Assembly (NCBI RefSeq): GCF_009914755.1
Contig: NC_060947.1
Origin: the human T2T-CHM13v2.0 reference genome, Homo sapiens
Direction: 5' to 3' (one strand)
DNA: 64,000 bases
A program made the translations under genes and the position numbers. Positions 50,205-64,000 of the stretch are shown here, piece after piece. A model generated the notes under the pieces. That model was not told the DNA's origin, made no database searches, and saw only the letters and a program-made list of their open reading frames with translations. Within the stretch, counting starts at the first letter, position 1. Every line of letters begins with the position of its first letter.

Positions 50205-50738
50205 CTTGGTTATTGTCTTTAGTGAAGTACCTCTTCAAGTCTTTTGCCCATATTTTTATTTGGTTATGTGTGTTTTTCTTATTATTTTGTAACAGCGCCT
50301 TTTATAACCTGAATGTATATATATTTTGTTTAAATTTATGTACAGTAAACAACTTTTTCTACTCTGGTTCGCTTTTTCACCCTGTTGATGATTTTGTTTG
50401 TTGTAAGAAATTTAAAATTTTAATGTAGTCCAATGTATCTTTTAGTGATTAGTAATTCTTGTATCCTATTTAAGAAATGAGGGTCACAAGCACAGTCTCC
50501 AATGTTTTCTTCTAAAGGCTTTATTCCAAGTACAAAATAATTTTATTTTCACTTTTAAATTTATAATCAAATAGAATTTATTTTTTCAGAATGATGTATG
50601 GTAAAGATTAGTTTTCTTTTTTCCCTACATGAATTATCAAATGATAGAGCACCATTTCTTGAAAAGGACATTCTTTCCACATTGTGCCATTGTATTCCAT
50701 TTTTCATAAATAATATACTATATATCTATATTAGTCTG

Positions 50739-51198
50739 TGTGGTGGGCTGTATAATGGCCATTCAATGATATCTACATTTTAATTCTTAGAACCTGTTAC
50801 CTTACATGGCAAAAGAGAATTTACCGATGTGATTAAGCTAAAGATCTTGAGATGGAGAGTCTTTTCTGGATTATCCAGATAGGTCCTAAATGTTACCATA
50901 ATGGTCATTATAAGAGGGAGGCAAGAAGTTCAAAGGAAGAAGTAGAATATGTGACCATGGAAGCAAGGGGTGAGGAAGTGGTCATGAGCCAAGGGATTCA
51001 GGCAGCCTCCAGGAGCTAGAAAAGGTAAGGAAATTGATTTACCCTTGAGTTTTCAGAAGGAATTGGACTTGCTGACACTTTGATTTTGTCCCATAAGACT
51101 CATCATGTATTTATGTCCCCCAGAGCTATAAGAGAATAAATATATATGGTTGTAAGCCACCATGTTTGTGGTAATTTGTTACATTAGACAAAGAAAAC
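50739..51198 (+). mobile_element. Solo LTR MLT1D-like
   Basis: TGTTACCTTACATGGCAAAAGAGAATTT, GATCTTGAGATGG...CTGGATTATCC, AAGCCACCATGTTTGTGGTAATTTGTTACA. Confidence 0.85.
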
Positions 51199-51477
51199 TC
51201 TGCTCCATTGGCCCATTTGACTATTCTTGCACCAATACCAGATTTTCCTAATTGATATAACAATATAATAACTCAGTATCTGGTAATGTAATTTCTCCAG
51301 CTTTCTTCTTCTTGGATAGTTTCTTTTTTTAACTTCCATCTGCTCTCCCTAATATTGGATTAAATTTCTCTCATAAATATGGAAACATTTATATTTTCTA
51401 TTTATTCCTGTGTAAGTGATTGCATATTTTGGCATGTTGCACTTTCCTAGGATTATCCATTGCATATAAATTGTGTA

Positions 51478-51577
51478 ATTATTGGGATAATGTTATTAAT
51501 AATATTTTATTATTATGCATTATTAATTATTTTATTATTATGCATTATTTTATTATGCATTATGTTATGCATTATTA
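51478..51577. repeat. AT-rich low-complexity repeat (TTATGCATTA-like), probable decayed L1 tail
   Basis: Repeated TTATGCATTAT units adjacent to an L1MB 3' terminus. Confidence 0.7.
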
Positions 51578-54500
51578 AAATAACACCTTTACTGAGATAC
51601 AATTCACATACAATACAATTTAGCAATTTAAATTATACAATTCAATAGATTATAGCATATTCACGTAGTTGCGCAAACATAACCCCAAACAATTGTAGAA
51701 CATTTTCAACACTCCCAAAAGAAACCCTATATGCATTAGAAATTAATTCTTATTTTCCCCCCGTAACCCTCAGTCCTATACAACTACAAATCTACTTTTT
51801 GTCTTTCTCTATTTGCCTATTATGGGCATTTTATATAAATGAATTAATGCCATGTATGGTTTTTGTGACTAGTTTTATTTACTTAGCTTCAGGATCTCAA
51901 GGTTCATCTATGTTGTAGCATATATCAGTACTTCATTTCCTTTTATTGCCAAATTATATCCCATTGTATGCATTCACCACATTTATTTACATATTCATTA
52001 ATTCATGAATATTTGCATAATTTCCACTTTTTGGCTATTATGACTAATTCTGCTATAAAAATTAATAAATATCTTTTTTTCATGGACACATGTTTTTATG
52101 TTCTTTGGATATATACTTAGGATTGATATTTCTGGGTCATATGGTAATGCTGTTTAATATTTTTAGAAACTGGCTAGCTGTATTCCAAGGTAAATGTACT
52201 ATTTTAAAATCCCACAAGCAGTATATGAGAATTACAACTTCTCTAATTTTTGCCAACACATGGTATTATCTATCTTTTTGTTTATAGCTATCATACTGCG
52301 GGTAAAATTGTATCTCATTGTGAATAAGATTTGCATTTCTTGATGGTTAATAATGCTGATCATCTTTTCATATCCTTATTGGTCCTTCTTTGAATAAATG
52401 TTTATTCAGATACCTTGGTAATTTTTAATGAGTTATTTGTCTTTTTATGGAATTGTGAAAATTCTTTGTATCTTCTAGTTATGAGAACCTTATTAGAAAT
52501 ATAATTTGAAAATATTTTCTTGTATCCTGTGGGTAATACTTTCACTTTCTTACTGGTGACCATTGAAGCCCTAAAGTTTTCAGTTTTGATGAAAACTAAC
52601 TTATCTATTCTTTCTCAGTCTGCTTGAGCTTTTGGTGTCATATTTTGAAAACTCTTGCCAAATCCATAGTCACAAATATTTAATCTATGTTTTTTTTACT
52701 AAGAATTTTGTAGTTTTGATTCCTTATCTGTAGAGTTGTTTGAGCTTCTTATATATTCTGGTTATTAATCCCTTGCCAGATGGATAGTTTGCAAATATTT
52801 TGTCCCATTCTGTGGGTTGTCTCTTCACTTTGTTGATTATTTCCTTTTCTGGGCAGAAGTTTTTTTACTCGATGTCATCCCATTTGTCCATTTTTGCTTT
52901 GGTTGCCTGTTTGTGAGGTATTGCTCAAGAAGTCTTTGCCTACTCCAATATCCTGGAGAGTTCCTGGATGTTTTCTTGTGGTAATTTTATAGCTTGAATT
53001 CTTAGATTTAGTTTTTTAAATCTATTTGGATTTGATTTTTATATATGGTGAGAGGGGTCTAAATTCATTCTTGTGCATATAGATATCCTGTTTTCCCAGC
53101 ATCATTTATTGACTGTGTTTTTCTCAGTGTATGTTCTCGTTGGCATCTTTGTAAAAAATAAGTTCACTTTATATGTGCGATTTTGTTTTTGGATTGTCTA
53201 TCCTGTTCCACTGGTCTATGTGTCTGTTTCTATGCTAGTACCATGCTGTTTTGGTTACTATAAGTCTGTAGTATAATTTGAAGTCAGGTAATATGATTTC
53301 TTCAGTTTAGTTCTTTCTGCTGCAATGAAAGTAGGAGTTCTGTTATCTCTTTAGCATTTTGATTTAAATTCTTCTGAATAATTGTTTAGAAGTGGGATTG
53401 CTGTAACCACCGTCATTTTTTTTTACAGCAGTTGCACCATTTGGCATTTCTACCAATAGTGTGTTTCTGTTCCAATTTCTTTTCCTCCTTTCCAACACTT
53501 AGTGTCTTTTCTTTTATTTTTTTGATAGTAGCCATTTTGGCAGATGTGAGGTGATACCTCATTGTGATTTTGATTTTCATTTCCCTGAAGGTTAGTAATA
53601 TTGAACATCTTTTCATATAACTATTGGTAATTTGTATGTCTTCTTTAGAAAAATATCTATTTAAGTCCTTTGTCCATTTTAAAAATAAGCTTATTTAGTT
53701 GCTATTGAGTTGTAAGAGTTCCTTATATATTTTGAATACTAAACTCCTTTTCTGATATGCTGTCTGCAAATATTTTCTCCCATTCCATAGATTGCCTTTT
53801 GATTTTGTTTGTTTTTTTTGCTGAGCACAAAGTTTTTAGCTTGATGTACCTCCAGTTGTTTATTTTTGCTTTCATTGCCTGTGCTTTTGGTGCCACACCA
53901 AAAAAAAACCTTGTCAGGACCAATTTCAAAAAGCTTTTTCACTGTGTTTTTTTCCTAGGAGTTTCATAGTAGTTGCTCTTAACCTTAAGCCTTTAATCTA
54001 TTTTGAGTTGACTTTTGTATAAGGTAAGGGTCCAATGTCATCATTTTGTGGATATCTTGTTTTCAATCACTATCATTTTGTGTGCTTATTGGCTATTTGA
54101 GTATCTTCTCTGAAGAAATCCCTATTTATTTTTTCCCATTTTATATTGGGAGTAATTTGTCTTTTTTTGTTTTTGATTTCTAGTAGTTTTTTAAGTTTCT
54201 GGATACTAAATTATCAGCAGATGTGATTTGTATATATCTTTTCATTCTGTATGCTGTCTTTTCACTCTAAAATGCCATTGATTCACATAAGTTTTTAACC
54301 TTGATGAAGTTTGATTTATCAATTATTTTCTTTTGTTCTTTATGTTTTGGTGTTATATCCAATAATTATTTGCCAAATCCAATTTATAACATTATATGCT
54401 ATGTTTTAACATTTTTAAAGTTTCAGTTTTATATTTAGGACTTTGATCTATTTAAAGTTAAGTTTTGTATACAGTTGTCCCTCACAATATGAGGGAGATT

Positions 54501-55555
54501 TGTTGCGGGACTGCCTATATAGAACCAAATCTACACATACGCAAGTACTGCAGTTGGCCCTGTGAAGCCCTCATATATAAAAAGTCAGCCTTTCCCATAT
54601 GTGGGTTTTGCATACCACAAATACTGTAGTTTCAATCTATGTTTGGTTGAATAAAAGCTGTGCATAAGTGGATCCATACAGTTCAATCTCTTGTTGTTCA
54701 AGAGTCAACTGTATTATGTGAGGTAGGAATCCAACTTCATTCTTTTGCATTTGGATATTCAGTTGTGCTGAAACCATTTGTTGAAAAGATTGTCCTTTCC
54801 CCATTGAATGTACTTGGCAATCTTGTCAAAAATTGGCCATATCTGTATGTTTATATCTGCACTCTTTTTTTGATTCAATTTGTCTATATATCTATTCTTA
54901 TGCTAGTATCAAATGGTTTTGATTACTGCAGCTTTATGGTAAGTTTTGAATTGGAGAAATGTTAGCCCTCTGACTTTATTTGTTTTTTTTTTTCAAGATT
55001 GGTTTGCTTTTTCAAGGGCCCTAGGAATCCTATATAAATTTGATTACTAGCTTTTTTTTATTTCTACAAAAAAGGCTGTTGAAAGTTTGATAGGGATTTT
55101 GTTGAATTTGTTCACTTTTGGAAATATGAACATCTTAACCAAGTTCTTTCTACCTTGACCCAGTATCATTGACCTGCTGTGCCAGGGTTAGGGATTCTGC
55201 CCAATGAATGTAGGCTCCTTGGAGTATTGAAGCCCTCAATCTCTCAGCTACACTTAGCAGATTTAACCTCCTTAACTTAGAGTGGGAGGGTATAAAAAAA
55301 TTTGGTGCCCTATCCCTCCCAGGGAGGTACTGTGAGCCCTTGAATGGGTGCTGTGGGGAGACGGAGCTCTATCTTCTTGACCTCACCTTCCATCCACAAA
55401 TCTCTGTAAAGCAGATCTAGGGATGGAGATGAAGGAATTGAGTTGTGGCTCAAGTGCCACAGACTCTTACTGTTCTTATGGAGATGTAGTAGATGTTTAT
55501 GAATAAATGTGTCTTCATTGATATATACCCTTTTGGCAATCTCCAGAGACTGAAA
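51578..55555 (-). mobile_element. Stack of old L1MB/MA/MC fragments
   Basis: L1MB 3' end at 51578 (TTTACTGAGATACAATTCACATAC); the same ORF2 3' interval recurs at ~52400, 52730, 53640, 54090 in different subfamily styles. Confidence 0.7.
54472..54711. mobile_element. MER8 non-autonomous DNA transposon (TcMar-Tigger)
   Basis: Terminal inverted repeats CAGTTGTCCCT / AGAGTCAACTG flanked by TA on both sides; ~240 bp. Confidence 0.85.
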
Positions 55556-55557
55556 TA

Positions 55558-55858
55558 TTTTTTTTTCTAGGCAGAATCTTGCTCTGTTGTCCAGGCTGGA
55601 GTGCAATGGCATGATCACAACTCAGTGTAGCCTCAACCTCTTGGGTTCAAGTGATCCTTTCATCTCAGTCCCCTGAGTCACTGGGACTGCAGGTGTGTGC
55701 CACCATGCCTGGCTAATTGTTTTTAATTTTCATGTGGGTGTAGAAATGGGATCTCACCATGTTGCCCAGGCTTGTCTCAAACTCCTGGGCTCAAAGGATT
55801 CTCTTACCTTCACCTCTGAAAGTGCTGGGATTACAGGCATGAGCAACCACACCTGGCC
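55558..55858 (-). mobile_element. AluJ-like
   Basis: Antisense dimer with J-type GATCACAACTCAGTGTAGCCTCAACCTC and CTCCTGGGCTCAA. Confidence 0.9.
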
Positions 55859-56324
55859 AATAATTGTTTGTTTTTTTAATTTTCAAGAATATTTTTCACC
55901 AGTTATGTTTTACTTTTTTCTCATGCTAGGATTCCGGAAGTAGACATGTCCCCTTATCATGCCTTCAATTTAGTAGTCCTTTAAGGATTAAATCTTTTAA
56001 AGATCTTAGCAGTCTCTAAATATTGAGCAGGCTTTGTTGATTTTCCCTATTGCATATACTTTTTCCTATTTTATTCACCTCTAGTCTTACCTTTATTATT
56101 TGTTCCCTTTTATTGTTTTTTTCTGTTTGATGTGCTGTTTTTCTATGTTTCTGAGATGGTAATGTAGATAATTGAAGATTAATTATTCTTCTTATCTAAT
56201 ATACACATTTAAAGCTACACAGCTATACATTTCTTTCTAAACACTGCTTTCAGCTGCATACCATAAGCTTTTTGTCATGTTTTTATCCTTCTATTCAAAA
56301 TGTTTTATAATTTCCATTCTAATT

Positions 56325-58083
56325 TCTTTTTTGGTGGGTATATAGTAGGTAGATATATTTATGGAGTCCATGTGATGCTTTGATTTAGGCATGTAATGTT
56401 AAATAAGCACATTATGGAGAGTGGGGTATTCATCTCCTCAAGCATTTATCCTTTGTATTATAAACAATCCAATTACACTCTTTAAGTTATCTAAAATATA
56501 CAGCTAAGTATTGTTGACCATAGTCAGCCTATTGTGCTGTCAAATAGTAGGTCTTATACATTTTTGTAACTTTTTTTTGTACTCGTTAACCATCCTGATG
56601 GCCCTCTCATCCCCAGCTACCCTTCCCAACCTCTGATAACCATCCTTCTACTCTCTATGTCCATGAGTTAAATTATTTTGATTTTTAGATTCACAAATAA
56701 GTGAGAACATGTGGTATTTGTCTCTCTGTGCCTGGCTTATTTTGCTCAATATAAAGATCTCCAGTTTTATCTATATTTCTGCAAATGACTGAATCTCATT
56801 CTTTTTTTATGGTTGAATAGTACCCCATTGTGTATATGTGTCACATTTTCTTTATCAATTCATCTGTTAATAGACACTTAGTTTGCTTCAAATTCTTAGA
56901 TATTGTAAACAGTGCTGCAAGAAACATAGGAGTACAGATATCTCTTCAATATTCTGATTTTCTTTCTTTTGGGCATATACCTAGCAGTGAGATTGCTGGA
57001 TAATATGGTAGCTCTGTTTTTAGCTATTTGAGAAACCTCCAAACTGTTATCCATAGTGGTTATACTAATTTACATTCCCACCAACAGTGTGTAAGCATTC
57101 TCTTTTCTCCACATCCTTGCCAGCTTTTGTTACTGCCTGTGAATATAAGCCATTTTAACTGGAGTGAGATGATACCGTATTTTAGTTTTGATTTGCATTT
57201 TCTGATGATTAACAATGTTGGACACCTTTTCACCTTCTCTTCACCATTTGCATGTTTTGCTTTTTTTTGAGAAATGCCTATTTAAATCTTTCACCTATTT
57301 TGAATGTATACCTAGACTTTTTTAAAACAGAGTTGTTTGAGCTCCTTATATATTCTGGTTATTAATTCTTTGCCAGATGAAAAGTTGGCAAATATTTTCT
57401 CTCATTCTGTGGGTTGTCTGTTTGTTGATTGTATCCTTTGTTGGGCAGAAGCTTTTTAAGTTGATGTGATCCCATTTGTTTATGTTTGCTTTGGTTGCCT
57501 TTGCTTGTGATGTATTGCTATATATATATTATATATATATATAAAAAATAATAATTATATATACATATATTTTTTTTTTGGCCCAGACCAACTTTTTGGA
57601 TATTTTCCCCAATGTTTTCTTGTAGTTGTTTCATAGTTTGAATTCTTAGATTTTCTTCTATTATTCATTTGATTTGGTTTATTTTATATAGTGAGAGATA
57701 GGGGTCTGGTTTCATTCTTTTGCCCTTGGATATCCAGTTTTTAAAGCACCATTTATTGAAGAAGTTGTCTTTTCCCCAGTGTATGTTCTTCACACATTTG
57801 TTAAACGTTAGTTACCTGTAGGTGTGTAGATTTGTTTCTGAGTCATCTGTTTTTATGCCAGTACCATGATTTTTGGTTACTATAATTCCGTACTATAATT
57901 TGAAGTCAGGTAATGTGATTTCTCTAGTTTGTTTCTTTTGCTCGGGATAACTTTACCTATTCTGGGTCTTTCATGATTCCATACAAATTTTAGGATTGTT
58001 TGTTTTTATTTCTGTGAAAAATATCATTGATATTTTGATAGGGATTGCACTGAAACCGTAGTTGGCATTGAGTAATATAGACA
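56325..58083 (-). mobile_element. L1MA2-like 3' region
   Basis: GTGGGTATATAGTAGGT...CTCAAGCATTTATCCTTTG...AAACAATCCAATTACACTC 3' terminus then ORF2 end; (TA)n expansion ~57518-57570. Confidence 0.8.
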
Positions 58084-59680
<1,597 letters not shown>

Positions 59681-59712
59681 TTTTATTATTAATAAATTAT
59701 ATATAAATGGCC

Positions 59713-61926
59713 TTTTTTTATTTCAATAATTTTTTGGGGAACAGGAGGTGTTTGGTTACATAAATAAGATCTTTGTTGGTGATTTCTGAGATTTTGGTGC
59801 ATCCATCACTGGAGCAGTGTACACTGTACCCAATATGTATCTTTAATTCCTTGCCAACCCCCACACTTTGCCCTGAGTCCCCATAGTCCATTGTATTATT
59901 CTTATGCATTTGTGTCCTCATAGTTTAGCTCCCACTTATAAGTGAGAACATATGATGTTTGGTTTTTCATTCCTGAGTTACTTTACTTAGAATAATTATC
60001 TCCAATTCAATTCAGGTCACTGCAAATGCCATTATTTTGTTCATTTTTATGGCTGAGTACTATTACACGGTGTGTGTGTGTGTTATATATATATATATAT
60101 ATGAATTTCTTTATCCACTCATTGATTGGTGAACATTTTTGCAAATTGTGCTGCTATAAACATGTGTAAATATCTTTTTCATATAATGACTTCTTCTTCC
60201 CTGGGTAGATACACAGTAGTGGGATTGATGGATCAAATGGTAGTTCCGCTTTTAGTTCTTTAAGGTATCTTCACACTGTTTTCCATAGTGGTTGTGCTAG
60301 TTTACATTCCCACCAGCAGTGTAAAAGTGTTCCCTTTTCACCATATCTATGCCAACATCTATTATTATTTGATTTTTTGATTTTGGCCATTCTTGCAGGC
60401 ATAAGGTGGTATCTCATTGCGGTTTTGATTCACATTTCCATGATCATTAGTAATGTTGAGAATTTTTTCATATGTTTGCTGACCATTTGTACATTTTCTT
60501 TTCAGAGTTGTCTATTCATGCCTTTAGTCTGTCTTTTGATGGGATTGTTTGCTTTTCCTTGCTGATTTGTTTGAATTCCTTGTAGATTCTGAATATTAGT
60601 CTTTTGTCAGATGTATAGATAATGAAGATTTTTCTCCCACTCTGTGTGTTGTCTGTTTGCTCTGCTGATTATTTCTTTTGCTTTGTAGAAGCTTTTTGGT
60701 TTAATCAAGTCCCATCTATTTATCTTTGTATTTGTTGCATTTGCTTTTGGGTTTTTGGTCATGAAGTCTTCACCTAAGCCAGTGTTTAGAAGGGTTTCTT
60801 TTTTTTAACGTTATCTTCTAGAATTTTTATGGTTTCAGGTCTTACATTTAAGGTTTTTTTTAATCCATCTTGAATTGATTTTTGTATAAGGTGAGAGATG
60901 AAGATCCAGTTTCATTCTTCTACGCGTAACTTGCCAATTATCCCAGCACCATTTGTTGAATAGTGTGTCCTTTCACCACTTTATGTTTTTGTTTTCTTTG
61001 CCAAAGATCAGTTGGCTATAAGTATTTGTGTTTATTTCTGGATTCTCTATTCTGTTTTATTGGCCTATGTGCCTATTTTTATACCAGTGTCATGCTGTTT
61101 TGGTGACTATGGCCTTATAATACAGTTTGAAGTCAGGTAATATAATTCCTTTAGATTTGTTTTCTTTTGCTTAGACTTGCTTTGGCTATGTGTGCTTTTT
61201 TTGATTCCATATGAATTTTAGAATTTTTTTTAGTTCTTTGAAGAATGATGGTGAACTAACCTCCTTGGTTAGGTGTATTCCTAAGGATTTTATTTTCTTG
61301 TAGCTATTGTAAAAGTGGTTGAGTTCTTGATTCGATTTTCAGCTTTGTCGCTATTGGTTTATAACAGAGCTAATGATTTGTGTACAGTAATGTTGTATCC
61401 TGAAACTTTGCTGAATTCATTTATCAGTTCTGGGAGTTTTTATGAGAAGTCTTTCGGGTTTTCTAGGTATATGATCTTCTCATAAGCAAACAGCGACAGT
61501 TTGACTTCCTTTTTACCAATTTGGATGCCCTTTATTTTTTTCTCTTTTCTGGTTGCTGTGGCTATGACTTCCAGTATTATGTTGAATAGAAGTGGTGAGA
61601 GTGGGCATTTTTGTCTTGTTCCAGTTCTCAGAGGGAATGCTTTTGACTTTTCCCCATTCGGTATTATGTTGTATACATTGAGGTATATCCCTTGTATGCA
61701 AATTTTGCTGAGGGTTTTAATCATAAAGGAATGCTGGATTTTCTCAAATGCTTTTTTGTGCTTCTCTTGAGAAGATCATCTGATTTTTATTTTTAATTCT
61801 GTTTATGCTATGTATCACATTTATCGACTTGTGTATGTTAAACCATTTCTGCATCCCTGGTATGAAACCCATTTGAAAATGGTGGATTACCTTTTTGATA
61901 TGCTGTTGGATTTGGTTAGCTAGTAT
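59713..61926 (-). mobile_element. L1PB1-like 3' region, interrupted by the retrocopy
   Basis: 3'UTR TTGGTTACAT...GAGATTTTGGTGCA...GTCCATTGTATTATTCTTATG; ORF 61440-61724 ([16 protein letters not shown]). Confidence 0.85.
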
Positions 61927-63254
61927 TTTCTTTTTTTTAAATTACAAAAGGAAATTTATTTCAAAAGAATAAGGGGACATTTACATTTAAACAAGGTGAT
62001 AAACAGGTGTCTTGCAAAAGAAAAAAAATCCATGGCATTAAGTTTTTCATTCAAATTCGGAAGCAAAAATAACCTAAGTTGTGCACTATTGCCTTAGGAA
62101 AGGGAAGGGGAAGGGTGAGGGATAAGTGAACAGTCAACTCAGTATCAAACTTGAGAAAAGTAAAGTCACTTCTGCTCAGTTTTGAGTTTACAAATGTGCT
62201 TATAAAGAGGAAAAGTGGTAAAATTATACTTAATCTTCAAATTTATTTAGCTGTATTCTCAATACAATTTCTGTACTTGAAATGGCTTTGGGCCACTGGC
62301 TGATCTATCTCTGAGGTCCAGATTACCTGGTCAGTTTTCAAATGGCAATTTTATATTCCTTTGTTCAGATTCCAAGGGAGTTTAGGCTCAGCTCATGGTC
62401 TTTTGGAATGTTTAGAGATTATTACCACCACTCCATAGCCAAGCTGACCAACTTTTGCTCACTTGTATCATTCTAGCCTTTCAGAAATATTTTCCCCATA
62501 CACATGTGCAGTAATTCTAATAAAGGAGTTTTGCTTCTTCTGCAGTGTAGAGGTAATGGTAATGAAGACACCTGCATTGGAATCACAAACTATTCCTCAA
62601 AAAAATTCATCAGACTACTAGAAATGTCATTCAGGCAGTTGATTTGAATAGCAAACTTGGGGAGGAAAGATTAACTGTGAAACAAAAATATACGAAACAT
62701 TCAAATGCAGAACAAAGGGTCTATGCTACTAAAAATGCCCATGACATTAAACACTCCAAAAACCCCCCATCTGTTGTTTTAACCTAAAAATTCTATTGGC
62801 TAACTTATACAATAATTTTGATTAATAACCTGAGAAGTTAAAATCTTGAAAGTGGCAAAAGCAAACAGAGAGAGCATCCCTTACTTATTGGTACCATGTT
62901 ATCAAGTCACTTTTTCTGGGTAGCCCTGGTTATTAAATTCCAAATTCTAAATTATAATATCTCTTCCTGTAGAAACCTATATGTACATCAGATTCAGTAT
63001 TTTGGTTGTATTTCACCAATAGCAACTCCAATTTATCTTTGAAAATGCATCCTTTATTTTTAGTTTTAAATAACAATAATCATGTAAGTGCAACTGACTT
63101 AGAATCCCTTCCTACTGGGAGTAAAAACCTAAATAACAAGTTAATAACAGATTCAGCCTCAAAAGGATAATCACTGTGTCAGATTACCCGTTCCTGGAAT
63201 TTAAAAAGTGATTTATGTTGTGTAGTCAAGTTTCATAGCATGTATATATATATA

Positions 63255-63711
63255 TGTCAGGCCTCTGAGCCCAAGCTAAGCCATCATATCCCCTGTGACT
63301 TGCATGTATACATCCAGATGGCCTGAAGTAACTGAAGAATCACAAAAGAAGTGATATTTAAATGGCCTGTTTCTGCCTTAACTGATGACATTCTACCACA
63401 AAAGAAGTGAAAATGGCCGGTCCTTGCCTTAACTGATGACATTACCTTGTGAAATTCCTTCTCCTGGCTCATCCTGGCTCAAAAAGCTCCCCTACTGAGC
63501 ACCTTGTGACCCCCACTCCTGCCTGCCAGAGAACAACCCCCCTTTGACTGTAATTTTCCTTTACCTACCCAAATCTTATAAAACGGCCCCACCCCTATCT
63601 CCCTTCACTGACTCTTTTCAGACTCAGCCCGCCTACACCCAGGTGAAATAAACAGCCCTGTTGCTCACACAAAGCCTGTTTGGTGTTCTCTTCACACAGA
63701 CGTGAGTGAAA
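63255..63711 (+). mobile_element. Solo HERV-H LTR (LTR7)
   Basis: TGTCAGGCCTCTGAGCCCAAGCTAAGCC start; duplicated CACAAAAGAAGTG / GCCTTAACTGATGACATT U3 repeats; TATAAAA 63577; AATAAA 63647; end GTGAAA; 5-bp TSD ATATA/ATACA; no PBS or internal sequence follows. Confidence 0.95.

Positions 63712-63714
<3 letters not shown>

Positions 63715-63748
<34 letters not shown>
63715..63748. repeat. (CA)n microsatellite, with (TA)n at 63243-63254 on the other side of the LTR
   Basis: Direct observation. Confidence 0.9.
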
Positions 63749-63749
<1 letters not shown>

Positions 63750-64000
63750 ATGCTTATGTATGTATGTATATTATACATACACATTTCTATTCAAATAGTA
63801 AGATTCCATATTCAAAAGTTTGTATCACAATATATGGAAAGGAATTTAGTAAGCCGTGCAAAGCAACTTACTTTCTCCTAAAAATGTAATGTCATTCCTA
63901 TATTTTAAGGAAGCTATGTAAGTATTTTGCTTTTATGACACTAGGTAGGAATGCTGCACCACTGCCCAGCAGCTTTATTAAACAATTAAAACAAAATGTT

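Larger units (their letters stand above)
61927..64000 (-). pseudogene. 3'UTR and poly(A) end of a processed mRNA copy running off the window (tentatively API5-derived, API5P1)
   Basis: L1 ORF2 is cut abruptly by a T-tract (61927-61938); TTTATT (AATAAA on -) at 61955-61960, 16 nt from the tract; ~1.6 kb non-TE, AT-rich UTR-like sequence follows. CDS and second TSD lie outside the window, so the parent gene is recollection of gene order only. Confidence 0.7.

Overview
Primate (human-like) intergenic DNA that is AT-rich and extremely LINE-1-dense; no intact protein-coding gene, RNA gene or CRISPR array is supported. Nearly all listed ORFs are pieces of decayed L1 ORF1/ORF2 or chance ORFs in repeats. 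Non-TE content: (i) a near full-length processed pseudogene of aldose reductase AKR1B1 (1027-2394, +; 5 premature stops, no frameshift, 12-bp TSD) inside an old L1MA; (ii) the poly(A) end and long 3'UTR of a second processed mRNA copy on the - strand (61927 to beyond the window), interrupted by a solo HERV-H LTR7; (iii) about 2 kb of mostly non-repetitive DNA near 35.6-37.65 kb. Three 5'-intact L1PA copies (PA3-, PA4-, PA8-like; all - strand, all inactivated), older L1PA13-16/PB/MA/MB/MC/ME layers, 5 Alus plus an Alu stub, THE1D, two MLT1 LTRs, MER2, MER8 and MIRs make up the rest. From memory of gene order only (not verified) this resembles human Xq23 (AKR1B1P8 ... API5P1, near AGTR2). I found no convincing new biological system. 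The most unusual signals are a locally templated inverted copy of part of an MLT1 LTR with fold-back filler (27473-27654) and an LTR7 promoter oriented antisense to a retrocopy. Subfamily names were assigned by eye from remembered consensus features, and boundaries of old repeats are approximate.
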